This document shows, piece by piece, positions 27,768 through 37,286 of a DNA stretch of 64,000 nucleotides; position 1 is the stretch's first letter; each line of letters starts with the position of its first letter. The translations under genes were made by a program, and so were the position numbers. The DNA is from a bacterium (GTDB lineage: Bacteria; Patescibacteriota; Doudnabacteria; UBA920; VMFF01): assembly GCA_021811585.1 (NCBI GenBank), contig JAJZOG010000005.1, positions 725-64,724 on the forward strand. The letters run 5' to 3'. The notes below the pieces were generated by a model that saw nothing but the letters and a program-made list of their open reading frames with translations, was not told where the DNA came from and searched no databases.

Positions 27768-29104
27768 CGTATTATGAGCTGTGCCAAATGGCCGCCGCTT
27801 TGGTAAAATATGCGGCTGGCGTCGCTGGTGACGTAATATTTGGAATCCAGGCCCTTTGCCTGCGTGAAAATATAATTGTTTTGAGTGTCGCGATTGTCAA
27901 TCTCAATTGCCTGGATCTTGCCCTGGTTCATAAAAAAGACCCAGCCGTAATCCGGGAAATAGGTTGGATTTGAAATTGCTTCTGTTGAGCGCGTCACAAA
28001 AGAAACTGCTTGGGTCGCGGGATTATATAAATCAATCTCATTGCCTGTGGCGTAGAGCACGCTGCTGGCGTTTAGTATTTGCACTTTGCCGACAAAATCG
28101 GAGATGTGCCGGAGGTTTTGGGAAACCGCGTAAAGGGAGCTGTCCCCTAAAATGAAAATTTGGTTTTGCGGGCTTATGAAAATTTGCGCCTGGTCCCATG
28201 CGGGCAGATTCGAGGCAAGCGCGGCGCTGGCCATGCTTGGCATCTGTGCGCGCAACAGGGAAGTGCCGCCCTCCGGATTGGCGCTTATGTAATAAATGGC
28301 ATTCCCGCTGACAACGAAAGCAGAGGCATTTTCGAGGATTTTTGTTTTTGAATTTGCCTGCCAGTTTATTTGGAAAAGCGAAGGAGATTGTTGGCCCTGC
28401 CCCTGGGGCAGCCGGGCAAGCGCATAAAGGGCATCTGAACTTGAAAATTGCAAGGCGCCTTTTTCAGCGAGCGTGCCCGAAAGCAAGCTGCTGATATTTA
28501 CGGCAGTATTTTTTTGCGCATCCAATAGGAGATATTCGGAGCCGTCGGAAATTACAAAATAATTTTCGTCCGGCGAAGGGATGATTTTCGGCCGCATGCT
28601 TGAGGTGAAATTCGCCGGCAGCGGCACTTGGGTGACGCTGTTGGGAGAATTGATGCCCGCAATATTTATCTCATTTGAAGTTAAATAAACCAGCCGGTTA
28701 TTGCCGGCAAAAAAATTAAGGACGTCGTCTGAAATTGGCGTCTTTTGCGGCGAAGAAAAAAATAAAATAAGACTTTTTAAATTCAGGTTCGCGTAAGTTA
28801 CATATTGCGTGTTTACCTCCAGGCGTTTCTGCCAATCAAAATATCCCGGCTTGCTGATTTTTATAGCATAACTGCCCGGGCTGAGGAAGCGAATTTGCTT
28901 GGGGGTTGTGCCGTAATATTTTCCGTTTAGGTAAATTTGCGCGCCTTTGGGGCTGGTCTGCGCAACCAAAACGCCGGTTTTTAAAAAACGGTGCGTTTTG
29001 AAATCGTATCGCGTGCCTGTCGTAAACAGGACAATTAGCGGCGCTAGAATGATAAATGCGATGATTCCGGTGGAAATAAGGGCATACCTGTGTTTGGGTT
29101 TCAT
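27764..29104 (-). CDS. PEGA-domain membrane-anchored protein with a large extracytoplasmic beta-rich domain
   Basis: N-terminal TM. PEGA-like ...YLNGKYYGTTPKQIRFLSPGSYAIKISKPGYFDWQKRLEV... Confidence 0.65.
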   Translation of the reverse strand: MKPKHRYALISTGIIAFIILAPLIVLFTTGTRYDFKTHRFLKTGVLVAQTSPKGAQIYLNGKYYGTTPKQIRFLSPGSYAIKISKPGYFDWQKRLEVNTQYVTYANLNLKSLILFFSSPQKTPISDDVLNFFAGNNRLVYLTSNEINIAGINSPNSVTQVPLPANFTSSMRPKIIPSPDENYFVISDGSEYLLLDAQKNTAVNISSLLSGTLAEKGALQFSSSDALYALARLPQGQGQQSPSLFQINWQANSKTKILENASAFVVSGNAIYYISANPEGGTSLLRAQMPSMASAALASNLPAWDQAQIFISPQNQIFILGDSSLYAVSQNLRHISDFVGKVQILNASSVLYATGNEIDLYNPATQAVSFVTRSTEAISNPTYFPDYGWVFFMNQGKIQAIEIDNRDTQNNYIFTQAKGLDSKYYVTSDASRIFYQSGGHLAQLIIR

Positions 29105-29159
29105 GGGGTTATTTTAGCAGGAACACGGATTTATTGACAAAATAGGAGAAAAATTAAAT

Positions 29160-29188
29160 TTGTCCTTGCGATGGTTTTTCGCTACAAT
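29160..29188 (+). promoter_or_regulatory. Putative sigma70-like promoter for mreB, TTGTCC-N17-TACAAT
   Basis: TTGTCC (29160-29165), 17-nt spacer, TACAAT (29183-29188), about 45 nt upstream of the mreB ATG, in a divergent spacer. Confidence 0.35.
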
Positions 29189-29231
29189 AGGGAAACAGGT
29201 TTAAAATTATCCTTATTTTGGAAATCGGCAT

Positions 29232-30230
29232 ATGAAAATCGGCATTGATCTTGGAACCGCGAATACGTTGGTTTATATCCCCAAAAAGGGCATTGTCATA
29301 AACGAGCCCACGGTTGTTGCAATTTCCATTGATGATAATAAGGTTTTGGCAGTGGGCCAGGAAGCCAAAGAAATGCTTGGGCGCACGCCGGAAACCATTG
29401 TTGCCTCGCGCCCCATGAAAGACGGCGTCATTGCCGATTATAAAGTCACCGAAGCAATGCTGCGCTACTTCATAAACAAGGCGCTCGGCAGCGTGCGGTT
29501 TTTCCGCCCCGAGGTGATGATTTCCGTTCCCGGAGGGATAACATCCACCGAGCGGCGCGCGGTTATTGATGCGGCCACAGCCGCGGGTGCAAAAGCAGCA
29601 TATGTTATCAAAGAAACGGTTGCCGCTGCAATCGGCGCAGGCATCCCAATCGGTTCTGCATCCGGAAATTTAATTATTGATATTGGCGGCGGCACAACGG
29701 ATGTTGCCGTGCTTTCGCTTGGCGGAATTGTCAATTCAACTTCAGTGCGCGTTGCGGGAAATAAAATAGACCAGGCAATTGCGGATTATGTCCGACGCAA
29801 GCACGGCCTGGCAATTGGCGACCGCACAGCGGAAGAAATAAAAATAAGCATTGGTTCGGCGCTGCCTGTTTCAGAAGAAGAATCCATTGAAATTAAGGGC
29901 CGGGACATGATTCAGGGTTTGCCGCGCACAATAGCCATTTCCACGAACGAAGTCGTAGAAGCCATTCAGGACGAGCTCCGCGAAATTGTCCGTGCGGTTA
30001 AAACCGTTTTGCAGGAAACGCCCCCGGAACTTTCTTCCGATATCATAGACAAGGGCATGGTTTTAACAGGCGGCTCTTCGCTGCTGCGAAATTTGGACAG
30101 GATGATTTCCCAGGCAGTTGGCGTGCCGGCATATGTGGCTGAAAATACGATTTTATGCGTTGCCAAAGGCACGGGCATTGCGCTGGAAAATTTGGAGAGT
30201 TATAAAAAGAGCATCCTTTCGGCAAGATAG
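29232..30230 (+). CDS. mreB: Actin-like rod-shape protein MreB, paralog 1
   Basis: IGIDLGTANTLVY...; ...IDIGGGTTDVAV... Confidence 0.9.
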   Translation: MKIGIDLGTANTLVYIPKKGIVINEPTVVAISIDDNKVLAVGQEAKEMLGRTPETIVASRPMKDGVIADYKVTEAMLRYFINKALGSVRFFRPEVMISVPGGITSTERRAVIDAATAAGAKAAYVIKETVAAAIGAGIPIGSASGNLIIDIGGGTTDVAVLSLGGIVNSTSVRVAGNKIDQAIADYVRRKHGLAIGDRTAEEIKISIGSALPVSEEESIEIKGRDMIQGLPRTIAISTNEVVEAIQDELREIVRAVKTVLQETPPELSSDIIDKGMVLTGGSSLLRNLDRMISQAVGVPAYVAENTILCVAKGTGIALENLESYKKSILSAR

Positions 30231-30314
30231 CGGCTTTCGAGGGCATGAAGGGCGCGGCTTTTATCTTTTTGGCGCGTGAATCCGTTTTCATGCGTTTTAT
30301 GTTATAATTGTCAT

Positions 30315-31217
30315 ATGTGGAAGGTGATAGGACACAAAAACCAAAAAGAACTCCTGGATAAGGCAATAGCTAAAAAACAGTATGCCCATGCCTATCTTTT
30401 CTGCGGTCCCCAGGGCATTGGCAAAAAAACCTTGGCCTTGGAATTTGCCGTCGGGATTTTAACTGGGGATGGGTTGATGGCAAAGGATGGGCTGAAGGCA
30501 AAAAATATCCTGAAGGCAGAAACCGTCAGCGCGGCACAATCCTGCGCCTCCCCGGAATTTAATCCGGATTTAATAATTTTGGATCAGGAAAAAATCAAGA
30601 TTGAGGATATAAGAAATCTTATTTCGGCGCTTTCATTAAGGCCTTATTTTTATAATCGGAAAATAGCTGTTATAGATAATTTTGAAAGCGCCACGCCAGA
30701 GGCGGCAAACAGCATTTTAAAAACCCTCGAAGAGCCGAATAGCAGCACTGTAATTATTTTGATCGCCCAGAGCAGAAAATCCGTGTTACCGACAATTGCT
30801 TCGCGCACGCAAATTATAAATTTCAGCCGGCTTTCCGAAGACGAGATGTTGCAAGCCGCGGTTGATAGGGAAGCAAAAAAATACCTGCGTTTTTTTAACG
30901 GCAAACCCGGCAAAATGTTCAGTTTCCAAAGCGGCGACGCTTTCCGTGAGAGCTTCATTCAAAATTTAAAGGTTTTGCAAAATCTGAAACTGCAAAAACC
31001 GGCGGGCAGGCTCTCATTTATTAAAGAATTTTCGGATTTTGATTCCGGGGAAATTGCGCGCGTTTTGGACAATTGGATGGATGTCGAGCAATCCGCGGTT
31101 GCCGGGCAGCCGCACGGCAGTAAAAATCTGCGGCTTTTTTTGGAAGCAATATCCGGCTTAAAAAAGAATTTTAATAAAAAAATGGTTTTGGAAAGAGTAT
31201 TTTTGGAAATGGTATGA
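30315..31217 (+). CDS. holB: DNA polymerase III delta-prime-like clamp-loader subunit
   Basis: MWKVIGHKNQKELLDKAIAKKQYAHAYLFCGPQGIGKKT (AAA+ Walker A). Start placed at ATG 30315 rather than the ORF-track start 30276. Confidence 0.7.
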   Translation: MWKVIGHKNQKELLDKAIAKKQYAHAYLFCGPQGIGKKTLALEFAVGILTGDGLMAKDGLKAKNILKAETVSAAQSCASPEFNPDLIILDQEKIKIEDIRNLISALSLRPYFYNRKIAVIDNFESATPEAANSILKTLEEPNSSTVIILIAQSRKSVLPTIASRTQIINFSRLSEDEMLQAAVDREAKKYLRFFNGKPGKMFSFQSGDAFRESFIQNLKVLQNLKLQKPAGRLSFIKEFSDFDSGEIARVLDNWMDVEQSAVAGQPHGSKNLRLFLEAISGLKKNFNKKMVLERVFLEMV

Positions 31218-32263
31218 AAATAACACGCAACCAAATTGCAATTTTATTGATACTTTTTGCCGGCGCTGGGTGCAATATTTTCGGAAGCAGCGGCCCTTTG
31301 GGCGTTCTGCGCACAGTGGACGGCGGCACAACCTGGCAATCATCAAACGCCATCCAAAATAGCCAACAATTTATTTCCGGGCTGCAAGTAACCAAAATGC
31401 ATATTGACCCAAAAAATAATGCCAATATATATTTAAGCGCGACCAATGATGGCTTGTGGCAGAGTTCGGATAACGGCCAATCTTGGAAGCAGATTCTTTC
31501 CAAAATAGTCGCTTACGGCTTTTATGTGGAGCCGGACGATCCAAATACGATTTTCGTGTCCGGGATTTATTCCGGCCATGGGAAAATCGTGCGCACGACA
31601 AACGGCGGCAACACCTGGGACGCTGTTTATAACGAGGCCAGTGCCAATAATTCCGTAATCGCAGTCAGCGGAAATCCCAGCAAGCCGGATGAAATTTATG
31701 CGGCGCTCTCCTCAGGCCAGCTTATAAAAAGCTTGGACGGCGGAGTGGATTGGTTTGTCATTTATGATTTTAAGAGCAGAATAATGGATATCAAATACAG
31801 CTCTGCAAACAGAGGATTGTACGTTCTGCTCCGAACATCCGGGGTTGCGGAAAGTACTGATGGCGGCAATAATTGGACTTATGTAACTTCGCCCCTGACC
31901 CAGAATTATGCGGCCATAAACAGTTACGTGCCAGCAGGATTCAGTTATTTTGAAAAAATGGCAATAGACGATTCGGAGCCGGACGTTATTTACATAACCA
32001 CTTCGGGCGGCCTTTTCAAAACCTTGAATAATGGCAAAAATTGGGATTTTATAAATTTGCCCATAAGGCGTTCGCAGGATATCCCCCGTGCCGTTGCCGA
32101 AAGCAAGGGGGGCATGATAGCATATACCAGCATTGGCAATACTGTTTATAAGAGCATGGATGGCGGACAAAGCTGGCAAACCGAATCCATTCCGTCCACG
32201 GCGCAGGTAAATGTAATAGTAATTGACCCTGTCATGAGCCAGGTGGCTTATGCGGGATTGTAA
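31214..32263 (+). CDS. BNR/Asp-box repeat protein (Ycf48 / sialidase-like beta-propeller), probable lipoprotein or secreted
   Basis: Repeated S-x-D-x-G-x-T-W motifs (TVDGGTTWQ, SSDNGQSWK, TTNGGNTWD, STDGGNNW, SMDGGQSWQ). N-terminal signal peptide with Cys. Confidence 0.75.
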   Translation: MKITRNQIAILLILFAGAGCNIFGSSGPLGVLRTVDGGTTWQSSNAIQNSQQFISGLQVTKMHIDPKNNANIYLSATNDGLWQSSDNGQSWKQILSKIVAYGFYVEPDDPNTIFVSGIYSGHGKIVRTTNGGNTWDAVYNEASANNSVIAVSGNPSKPDEIYAALSSGQLIKSLDGGVDWFVIYDFKSRIMDIKYSSANRGLYVLLRTSGVAESTDGGNNWTYVTSPLTQNYAAINSYVPAGFSYFEKMAIDDSEPDVIYITTSGGLFKTLNNGKNWDFINLPIRRSQDIPRAVAESKGGMIAYTSIGNTVYKSMDGGQSWQTESIPSTAQVNVIVIDPVMSQVAYAGL

Positions 32264-32273
32264 AAAGAAAAAA

Positions 32274-32390
32274 CTAGTTAATAGTTGGTAGTTAGTAGTT
32301 AATAGTTAGTAGTTGGTAGTTAATAGTTGGGGGGCGATCCATCTGCCACCTACCACCTACTAACTACTATCTACCAACTACCACTTATCC
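32274..32390. repeat. Heptamer-array hairpin element 6, inverted arms around a GGGGGGCGATCCATCTGCCACC core
   Basis: CTAGTTAATAGTTGGTAGTTAGTAGTTAATAGTTAGTAGTTGGTAGTTAATAGTTGG, then the core, then ACCTACCACCTACTAACTACTATCTACCAACTACCACTTATCC. Lies directly upstream of the frr ATG. Confidence 0.85.
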
Positions 32391-32394
32391 ATTT

Positions 32395-32931
32395 ATGAAT
32401 AAAGAAAAATTTGAGCCAATTTTAGAACATTTGAAACACGAGTTTGTCTCTTTGCGCACAGGCCGGGCAAGCGCTGGCCTTGTTGAAGGCGTGATGGTTG
32501 AAAGTTACGGCGCAAAAATGCCGCTTACGCATATTGCTTCTGTAAATATTCCGGATGCGCGCACGATTGCGATTCAGCCGTGGGACAAGGCGAATTTGGG
32601 TCCCATTGAAAAAGCCATACAGGCCTCGAATTTGGGGCTAAATCCGATTAATGACGGCACTCTTATTCGTTTGAACATGCCGCAGATGACTGAGGAGCGC
32701 AGAAAGGAAATGGTCAAGATTGTCGGCCAGCTTGCGGAGAAAGCGCGAATTTCCGTGCGCAACATTCGCGAAGAAATTTTAAAAGAGCTCAAGCGCGCAG
32801 AAGAAGAAAACAGGATTACTAAAGATGATTTGGAGGCCGAGAAAAAGAAATTGCAGGAAGAAGTGGATGGTTATAACGAAAAAATCAAAGAAATTTCAGA
32901 ATCCAAAGAAAAGGAGATTTTGACGATTTGA
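32395..32931 (+). CDS. frr: Ribosome recycling factor
   Basis: 178 aa, ...IPDARTIAIQPWDK...RNIRRE... matches RRF. Confidence 0.9.
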   Translation: MNKEKFEPILEHLKHEFVSLRTGRASAGLVEGVMVESYGAKMPLTHIASVNIPDARTIAIQPWDKANLGPIEKAIQASNLGLNPINDGTLIRLNMPQMTEERRKEMVKIVGQLAEKARISVRNIREEILKELKRAEEENRITKDDLEAEKKKLQEEVDGYNEKIKEISESKEKEILTI

Positions 32932-34094
32932 TGCATTTTTTAATTTCAGCAATTGTTTTTATAATTATTTTGGCCCTGCTCGTGCTCGCGCACGAGTTCG
33001 GTCATTTTATCGTTGCAAAAAAATCGGGGATGGAAGTCAAAGAATTCGGTTTTGGTTTTCCGCCCAGGATTTTCGGGATTAAAAAAGGGGAGACAACCTA
33101 TTCGGTTAATTGGCTTCCTCTCGGCGGTTTTGTAAAAATTACCGGCGAAGACGGCGAAGAGGCGGATTTGTCCGCCGGGGCGAATGCGGCAGATAGTGCG
33201 AATGCGGGAGACGCGGCGAATGTTGCAAACAGGGCGACCACTGGAAATCCGCGGAGTTTTGTTAACAAGGGTTTTTGGGCCAGGTTTGGCACGCTTATTG
33301 CCGGCGTTGTCATGAATGTGATTTTGGCATGGTTTCTTTTTTCAATCGGCTTTATGTTCGGTTTGCCAACAGCAGTTGTCCCCGGAGAGCAGCTGCCGGC
33401 GCACGCCTATGTCCGCTCGCAATCAATAAGCATTTTGGATACGTCTGCAGGATCGCCTGCCGCAAATGCGGGACTGCAGACAGGCGATAAAATTTTATTG
33501 GTGGATGGCAGGCAATTTGCGGATTTGGATTCTCTCGTAAATTTCGTGCACGCGCAGGAAGGCAAAACTGTTGACCTGGAAATTTCCCGGGGAAACCGGT
33601 CCATGGATTTCAAGGTGCTTGCGCGGCAAAACCCTCCGGCTGGCCAAGGTTCTTTGGGCGTTGATCTGGGTTATGTCGGGCTTTTGTACTTCCACCCATG
33701 GTATTATTCTTTTTACGAGGGCATTGGCGCAACCTGGCAAGTGGTGCAGGAGACCGCAAACGGCATTTATCAAATTTTTGTTTCGCACCAGGGCTTGGGC
33801 GCCATTGGAGGGCCTGTTAAAATTGCCAGTTTGACAGGGCAGGTTACAACTTTGGGAATCGCTTACATCATAAATTTCACAGCACTCCTTTCGGTGAACC
33901 TGGCTATATTAAACGTGATTCCGTTTCCGGCGCTGGACGGCGGCAGAATTTTATTTCTCTTGATAGAAAAAATACGCGGCAAGAAAAATAACCGGCAAGT
34001 GGAGCAGTGGTTTAATATGATAGGTTTTGCTATTCTTATATTGTTGATTGTGTTGGTGAGCATCCGGGATGTCGGGACATTGATTAAAAAATAA
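32928..34094 (+). CDS. rseP: RseP-like site-2 protease (M50 zinc metalloprotease with PDZ)
   Basis: HEFGHFIVAK HExxH in the first TM. PDZ ...GLQTGDKILLVDG.... LDGG motif near the C-terminus. Confidence 0.85.
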   Translation: MMHFLISAIVFIIILALLVLAHEFGHFIVAKKSGMEVKEFGFGFPPRIFGIKKGETTYSVNWLPLGGFVKITGEDGEEADLSAGANAADSANAGDAANVANRATTGNPRSFVNKGFWARFGTLIAGVVMNVILAWFLFSIGFMFGLPTAVVPGEQLPAHAYVRSQSISILDTSAGSPAANAGLQTGDKILLVDGRQFADLDSLVNFVHAQEGKTVDLEISRGNRSMDFKVLARQNPPAGQGSLGVDLGYVGLLYFHPWYYSFYEGIGATWQVVQETANGIYQIFVSHQGLGAIGGPVKIASLTGQVTTLGIAYIINFTALLSVNLAILNVIPFPALDGGRILFLLIEKIRGKKNNRQVEQWFNMIGFAILILLIVLVSIRDVGTLIKK

Positions 34095-35347
34095 TGCTGC
34101 AATCAAAAATTTTTGCGAAACTGGCGAAGGAGGACCCTAAAGACGAGCAGTCCTTGAATGCGCGCTTGCTTTCACGCGCCGGTTTTATTGAAAAAGCAAT
34201 GGCAGGGGTTTATAATTTTTTGCCGCTGGGCAGTCGCGTTTTGCATAAGATTGAAAATATTATCCGGCAGGAAATGGATGCGTTTGGCTCGGAAATCCTG
34301 ATGCCGTCGCTTCAGCCAAAAGAAAATTGGGAACAGACAGGCAGATGGAAGGAATTTGACGTGCTTTTCCGCTTAAAATCCATGCACGCTTTCGAATATG
34401 CCCTTGGCCCGACGCATGAAGAAATTGTCACGCCTTTGGCAAAAAAGGCGATCATGTCTTACAGGGATCTTCCTGTTGCTGTCTATCAAATACAGACAAA
34501 ATTCCGCGATGAATTGCGCGCCAAATCCGGATTGTTGCGCGGCAGGGAATTCCGCATGAAGGATTTGTACAGTTTTCATGCTTCGCAGGATGATTTGGAA
34601 AAATATTATTCGGAGGTCCAACGTGCTTACAGCCGGATTTTTGAGCGCTTGGGATTGCGCGCGATTCTGACTGAAGCGAGCGGCGGAAGTTTTGCCAAGT
34701 ATTCCCATGAATTTCAAGTTGTGTTGCCTTCGGGCGAAGACGAGATTTTTATTTGCGAAAAATGCGGCTTGGCAAAAAATAAGGAAATTTTTTCTTCGCC
34801 TGAAACCGAAAAATGCTCTAATTGCGGCCAAACTTCCTGGAAACGGGAAAATGCCTCTGAAATCGGGAATATTTTTCGGTTGGGCACGAAATTCAGCTCA
34901 GCCTTTAATGTTAAATTTTTAGATAGCGAGGGCAAGGAGCAATTGGTGGTTATGGGTTGTTACGGGATGGGCACAACGCGGCTGATGGGAGTGATTGCTG
35001 AAATGCACAACGATGAAAACGGCTTAATTTGGCCGCAAAACGTGGCGCCGTTTGAATATCATATTGTTCCGTTATTTTCAAAAGATGCGGACCTTCGCAA
35101 AAAAATAGAAGCCGCTGCGTGGAAAATATTTTCAACTTTGCAAAAGCAAGGCATTGAGGTATTATTAGATGACAGGGATGAAAGCCCGGGCGTGAAATTT
35201 AAAGACGCGGATTTAATAGGCATCCCCAAAAGAGTGGTGCTTTCGGAAAAAACAGTGGAAAAAGACGAGGTGGAAATCAAAGGGCGCGCCGAGAGCAAAG
35301 CCGGCAATATGAAAATTTCAGATTTTTTGAAGCATGCGGCTGGGTGA
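34094..35347 (+). CDS. proS: Prolyl-tRNA synthetase, short form without the bacterial INS editing domain, with a C4 zinc-ribbon insertion
   Basis: Class II motifs ...FRDELRAKSGLLRGREFRMKDLYSFH...; CEKCGLAKNK...CSNCGQ; 417 aa. Confidence 0.8.
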   Translation: MLQSKIFAKLAKEDPKDEQSLNARLLSRAGFIEKAMAGVYNFLPLGSRVLHKIENIIRQEMDAFGSEILMPSLQPKENWEQTGRWKEFDVLFRLKSMHAFEYALGPTHEEIVTPLAKKAIMSYRDLPVAVYQIQTKFRDELRAKSGLLRGREFRMKDLYSFHASQDDLEKYYSEVQRAYSRIFERLGLRAILTEASGGSFAKYSHEFQVVLPSGEDEIFICEKCGLAKNKEIFSSPETEKCSNCGQTSWKRENASEIGNIFRLGTKFSSAFNVKFLDSEGKEQLVVMGCYGMGTTRLMGVIAEMHNDENGLIWPQNVAPFEYHIVPLFSKDADLRKKIEAAAWKIFSTLQKQGIEVLLDDRDESPGVKFKDADLIGIPKRVVLSEKTVEKDEVEIKGRAESKAGNMKISDFLKHAAG

Positions 35348-35426
35348 ACCGGCCTAACGTTGCGCCAAAACAAAAATAAAAATAAAAGTTAATCCTTGGA
35401 AGTTAACTATCTGCCAGTTATTTTTT

Positions 35427-36488
35427 ATGTCACTATTCGATCCATTTTTTGAAAAATTCAGTAAAGACATTGGCATTGATCTCGGTACGGCAAATACGCT
35501 TGTTTATGTGAAAGGCAAGGGCATTGTTATAAACGAGCCGTCTGTTGTTGCGCTGAATATCAAGACCAAGCAGATTTTGGCTATTGGCAATGATGCCAAA
35601 CGCATGGTCGGAAGAACGCCGCCGCATATTGTTGCCAGCCGGCCGCTGGTGGATGGCGTTATTTCGGATTTTGAAATTACGGAGCAAATGCTGCGCTACT
35701 TTATAGACAAGGTCCACCAGCAAACGTATTCTTTTTTGCGCAGGCCGCGCGTGGTTATCGGCATCCCTTCCGGCGTTACCGAGGTTGAGAAGCGCGCCGT
35801 GCAGGATGCGGCGCTAAACGCTGGTGCGCGCATGGCATATTTGATAGAGGAGCCCATGGCAGCCGCAATAGGCGCGCGCCTTCCGGTGCAAGATCCGGCA
35901 GGAAGCATGATAGTGGATATGGGCGGCGGCACAACGGAAATTGCGGTCCTTTCGCTGGGCGGTGTTGTCATTTCCAAGAGTATACGGGTGGCTGGCGATA
36001 AAATGAACGAGAGCATTATCCAGTATGCGCGCGACCATTTTAATTTGCTTCTTGGGGAGCGCACCGCTGAAGACGTCAAAATTAAAATCGGCTCCGCATA
36101 TCCGCTTGAAAAGCCGCTGGAAGCCGTGATGCGCGGGCGCGATTTGGTTACCGGCTTGCCCAAGGAAGTTACTGTTGACGACAGCCATATCCGGGATGCG
36201 CTAATGCACTCTGTGCGCGTTATCGTAAATAACATCAAGAGCGCCGTTGAGGAGACGCCGCCGGAACTTGTGGCTGATATTATGTATAAAGGAATAACCC
36301 TGGCAGGCGGAGGCGCGTTGCTGCGCGGCTTGGATAAGCTGATTGCCGAAGAAACGCAGATCCCGGTGAATATTGCCGACGATCCGCTGACAGCTGTCTG
36401 CAGGGGCGCCGGCGTTGTTGTCGAGGACTTGGAAAGCTTGAAAGACGTGCTTGTGAATACTTCTTTTGAAAAGGCCCCCACTTACTGA
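35427..36488 (+). CDS. mreB: Actin-like rod-shape protein MreB, paralog 2 (linked to mreCD and PBP2)
   Basis: IGIDLGTANTLVYVKGKGIVINEPSVVA...VDMGGGTTEIAVLS... Confidence 0.9.
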   Translation: MSLFDPFFEKFSKDIGIDLGTANTLVYVKGKGIVINEPSVVALNIKTKQILAIGNDAKRMVGRTPPHIVASRPLVDGVISDFEITEQMLRYFIDKVHQQTYSFLRRPRVVIGIPSGVTEVEKRAVQDAALNAGARMAYLIEEPMAAAIGARLPVQDPAGSMIVDMGGGTTEIAVLSLGGVVISKSIRVAGDKMNESIIQYARDHFNLLLGERTAEDVKIKIGSAYPLEKPLEAVMRGRDLVTGLPKEVTVDDSHIRDALMHSVRVIVNNIKSAVEETPPELVADIMYKGITLAGGGALLRGLDKLIAEETQIPVNIADDPLTAVCRGAGVVVEDLESLKDVLVNTSFEKAPTY

Positions 36489-37285
36489 TGCGTTTCATAT
36501 ACACCAAACAATTTGTAATTTTTGCCGTCTTGCTGGCGGTTTCCGCCTTGCTGATGTTTTTGCATTCCACCGGCGATTTGCGCGCCATAGAAAGTGCGGC
36601 AGCTGAAACGCCACGCCCTTTTATTTATGTTATTTCGGGATTTGGCAAAGGCGCTGAAAATATTTTCTCGTATTTTTCATCAGTTTCGCTGCTGAACAAG
36701 ACAAACGCAGATCTCAAAAACCAGGTCATAGCCCTGCGCGAGGAAAACGCGCTTCTGGAACAATATAAGCTGGAGAATAACGTTTTAAAACAGGAATTGG
36801 ATTATCGCTCCGGCGCGCCTTTCAAGCTGGTGCTCGCAAGCGTAGTGGGGTATGATACTGCCGCAAACAGCGATGCCATGGTTATCGCGGCAGGTATGGG
36901 CCAGGGCGTTTCCACAGGAGATGCTGTTGTTGCCCAGGGGGTTTTGATTGGCGAGATTTCCGAAGCAGATGCTTATACTTCCAAAGTGTTGTTGCTTACA
37001 GACCCTTCTGTAAAATTGGAGGCGGGAATTTCGGGCACCGGCGATAACGGCATTTTGCGCGGGGATTATTCGGGCATAACCTTGGGGATGATTTCCCAGG
37101 CCGCGCAAATTTCAAAAGGCCAGGAAGTTATTAGCGCCGGGCTTTCGGGGAAAATCCCCAGCGGCTTGCTCATAGGCACAATAGGAGACATCAAATCGAA
37201 CAAAAGCGACCTTTTGCAATCAGCCACAGTGCTTTCATCCGCGGAGTTGAGCAACCTTTCGCTTGTTGACGTTATCATAAAATAA
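36488..37285 (+). CDS. mreC: Rod shape-determining protein MreC
   Basis: N-terminal TM, coiled coil (LKNQVIALREENALLEQYKLENNVLKQE), C-terminal beta domain. Position between mreB and mreD. Confidence 0.8.
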   Translation: MRFIYTKQFVIFAVLLAVSALLMFLHSTGDLRAIESAAAETPRPFIYVISGFGKGAENIFSYFSSVSLLNKTNADLKNQVIALREENALLEQYKLENNVLKQELDYRSGAPFKLVLASVVGYDTAANSDAMVIAAGMGQGVSTGDAVVAQGVLIGEISEADAYTSKVLLLTDPSVKLEAGISGTGDNGILRGDYSGITLGMISQAAQISKGQEVISAGLSGKIPSGLLIGTIGDIKSNKSDLLQSATVLSSAELSNLSLVDVIIK

Positions 37286-37286
37286 A

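Noticed and set aside
30276-30314. holB start at 30276 (MNPFSCVLCYNCHMW...)
   Set aside because: The Cys-rich 13-residue extension has no homology support. The AAA+ N-terminus begins at MWKVIGHK (30315). Low-certainty call either way.
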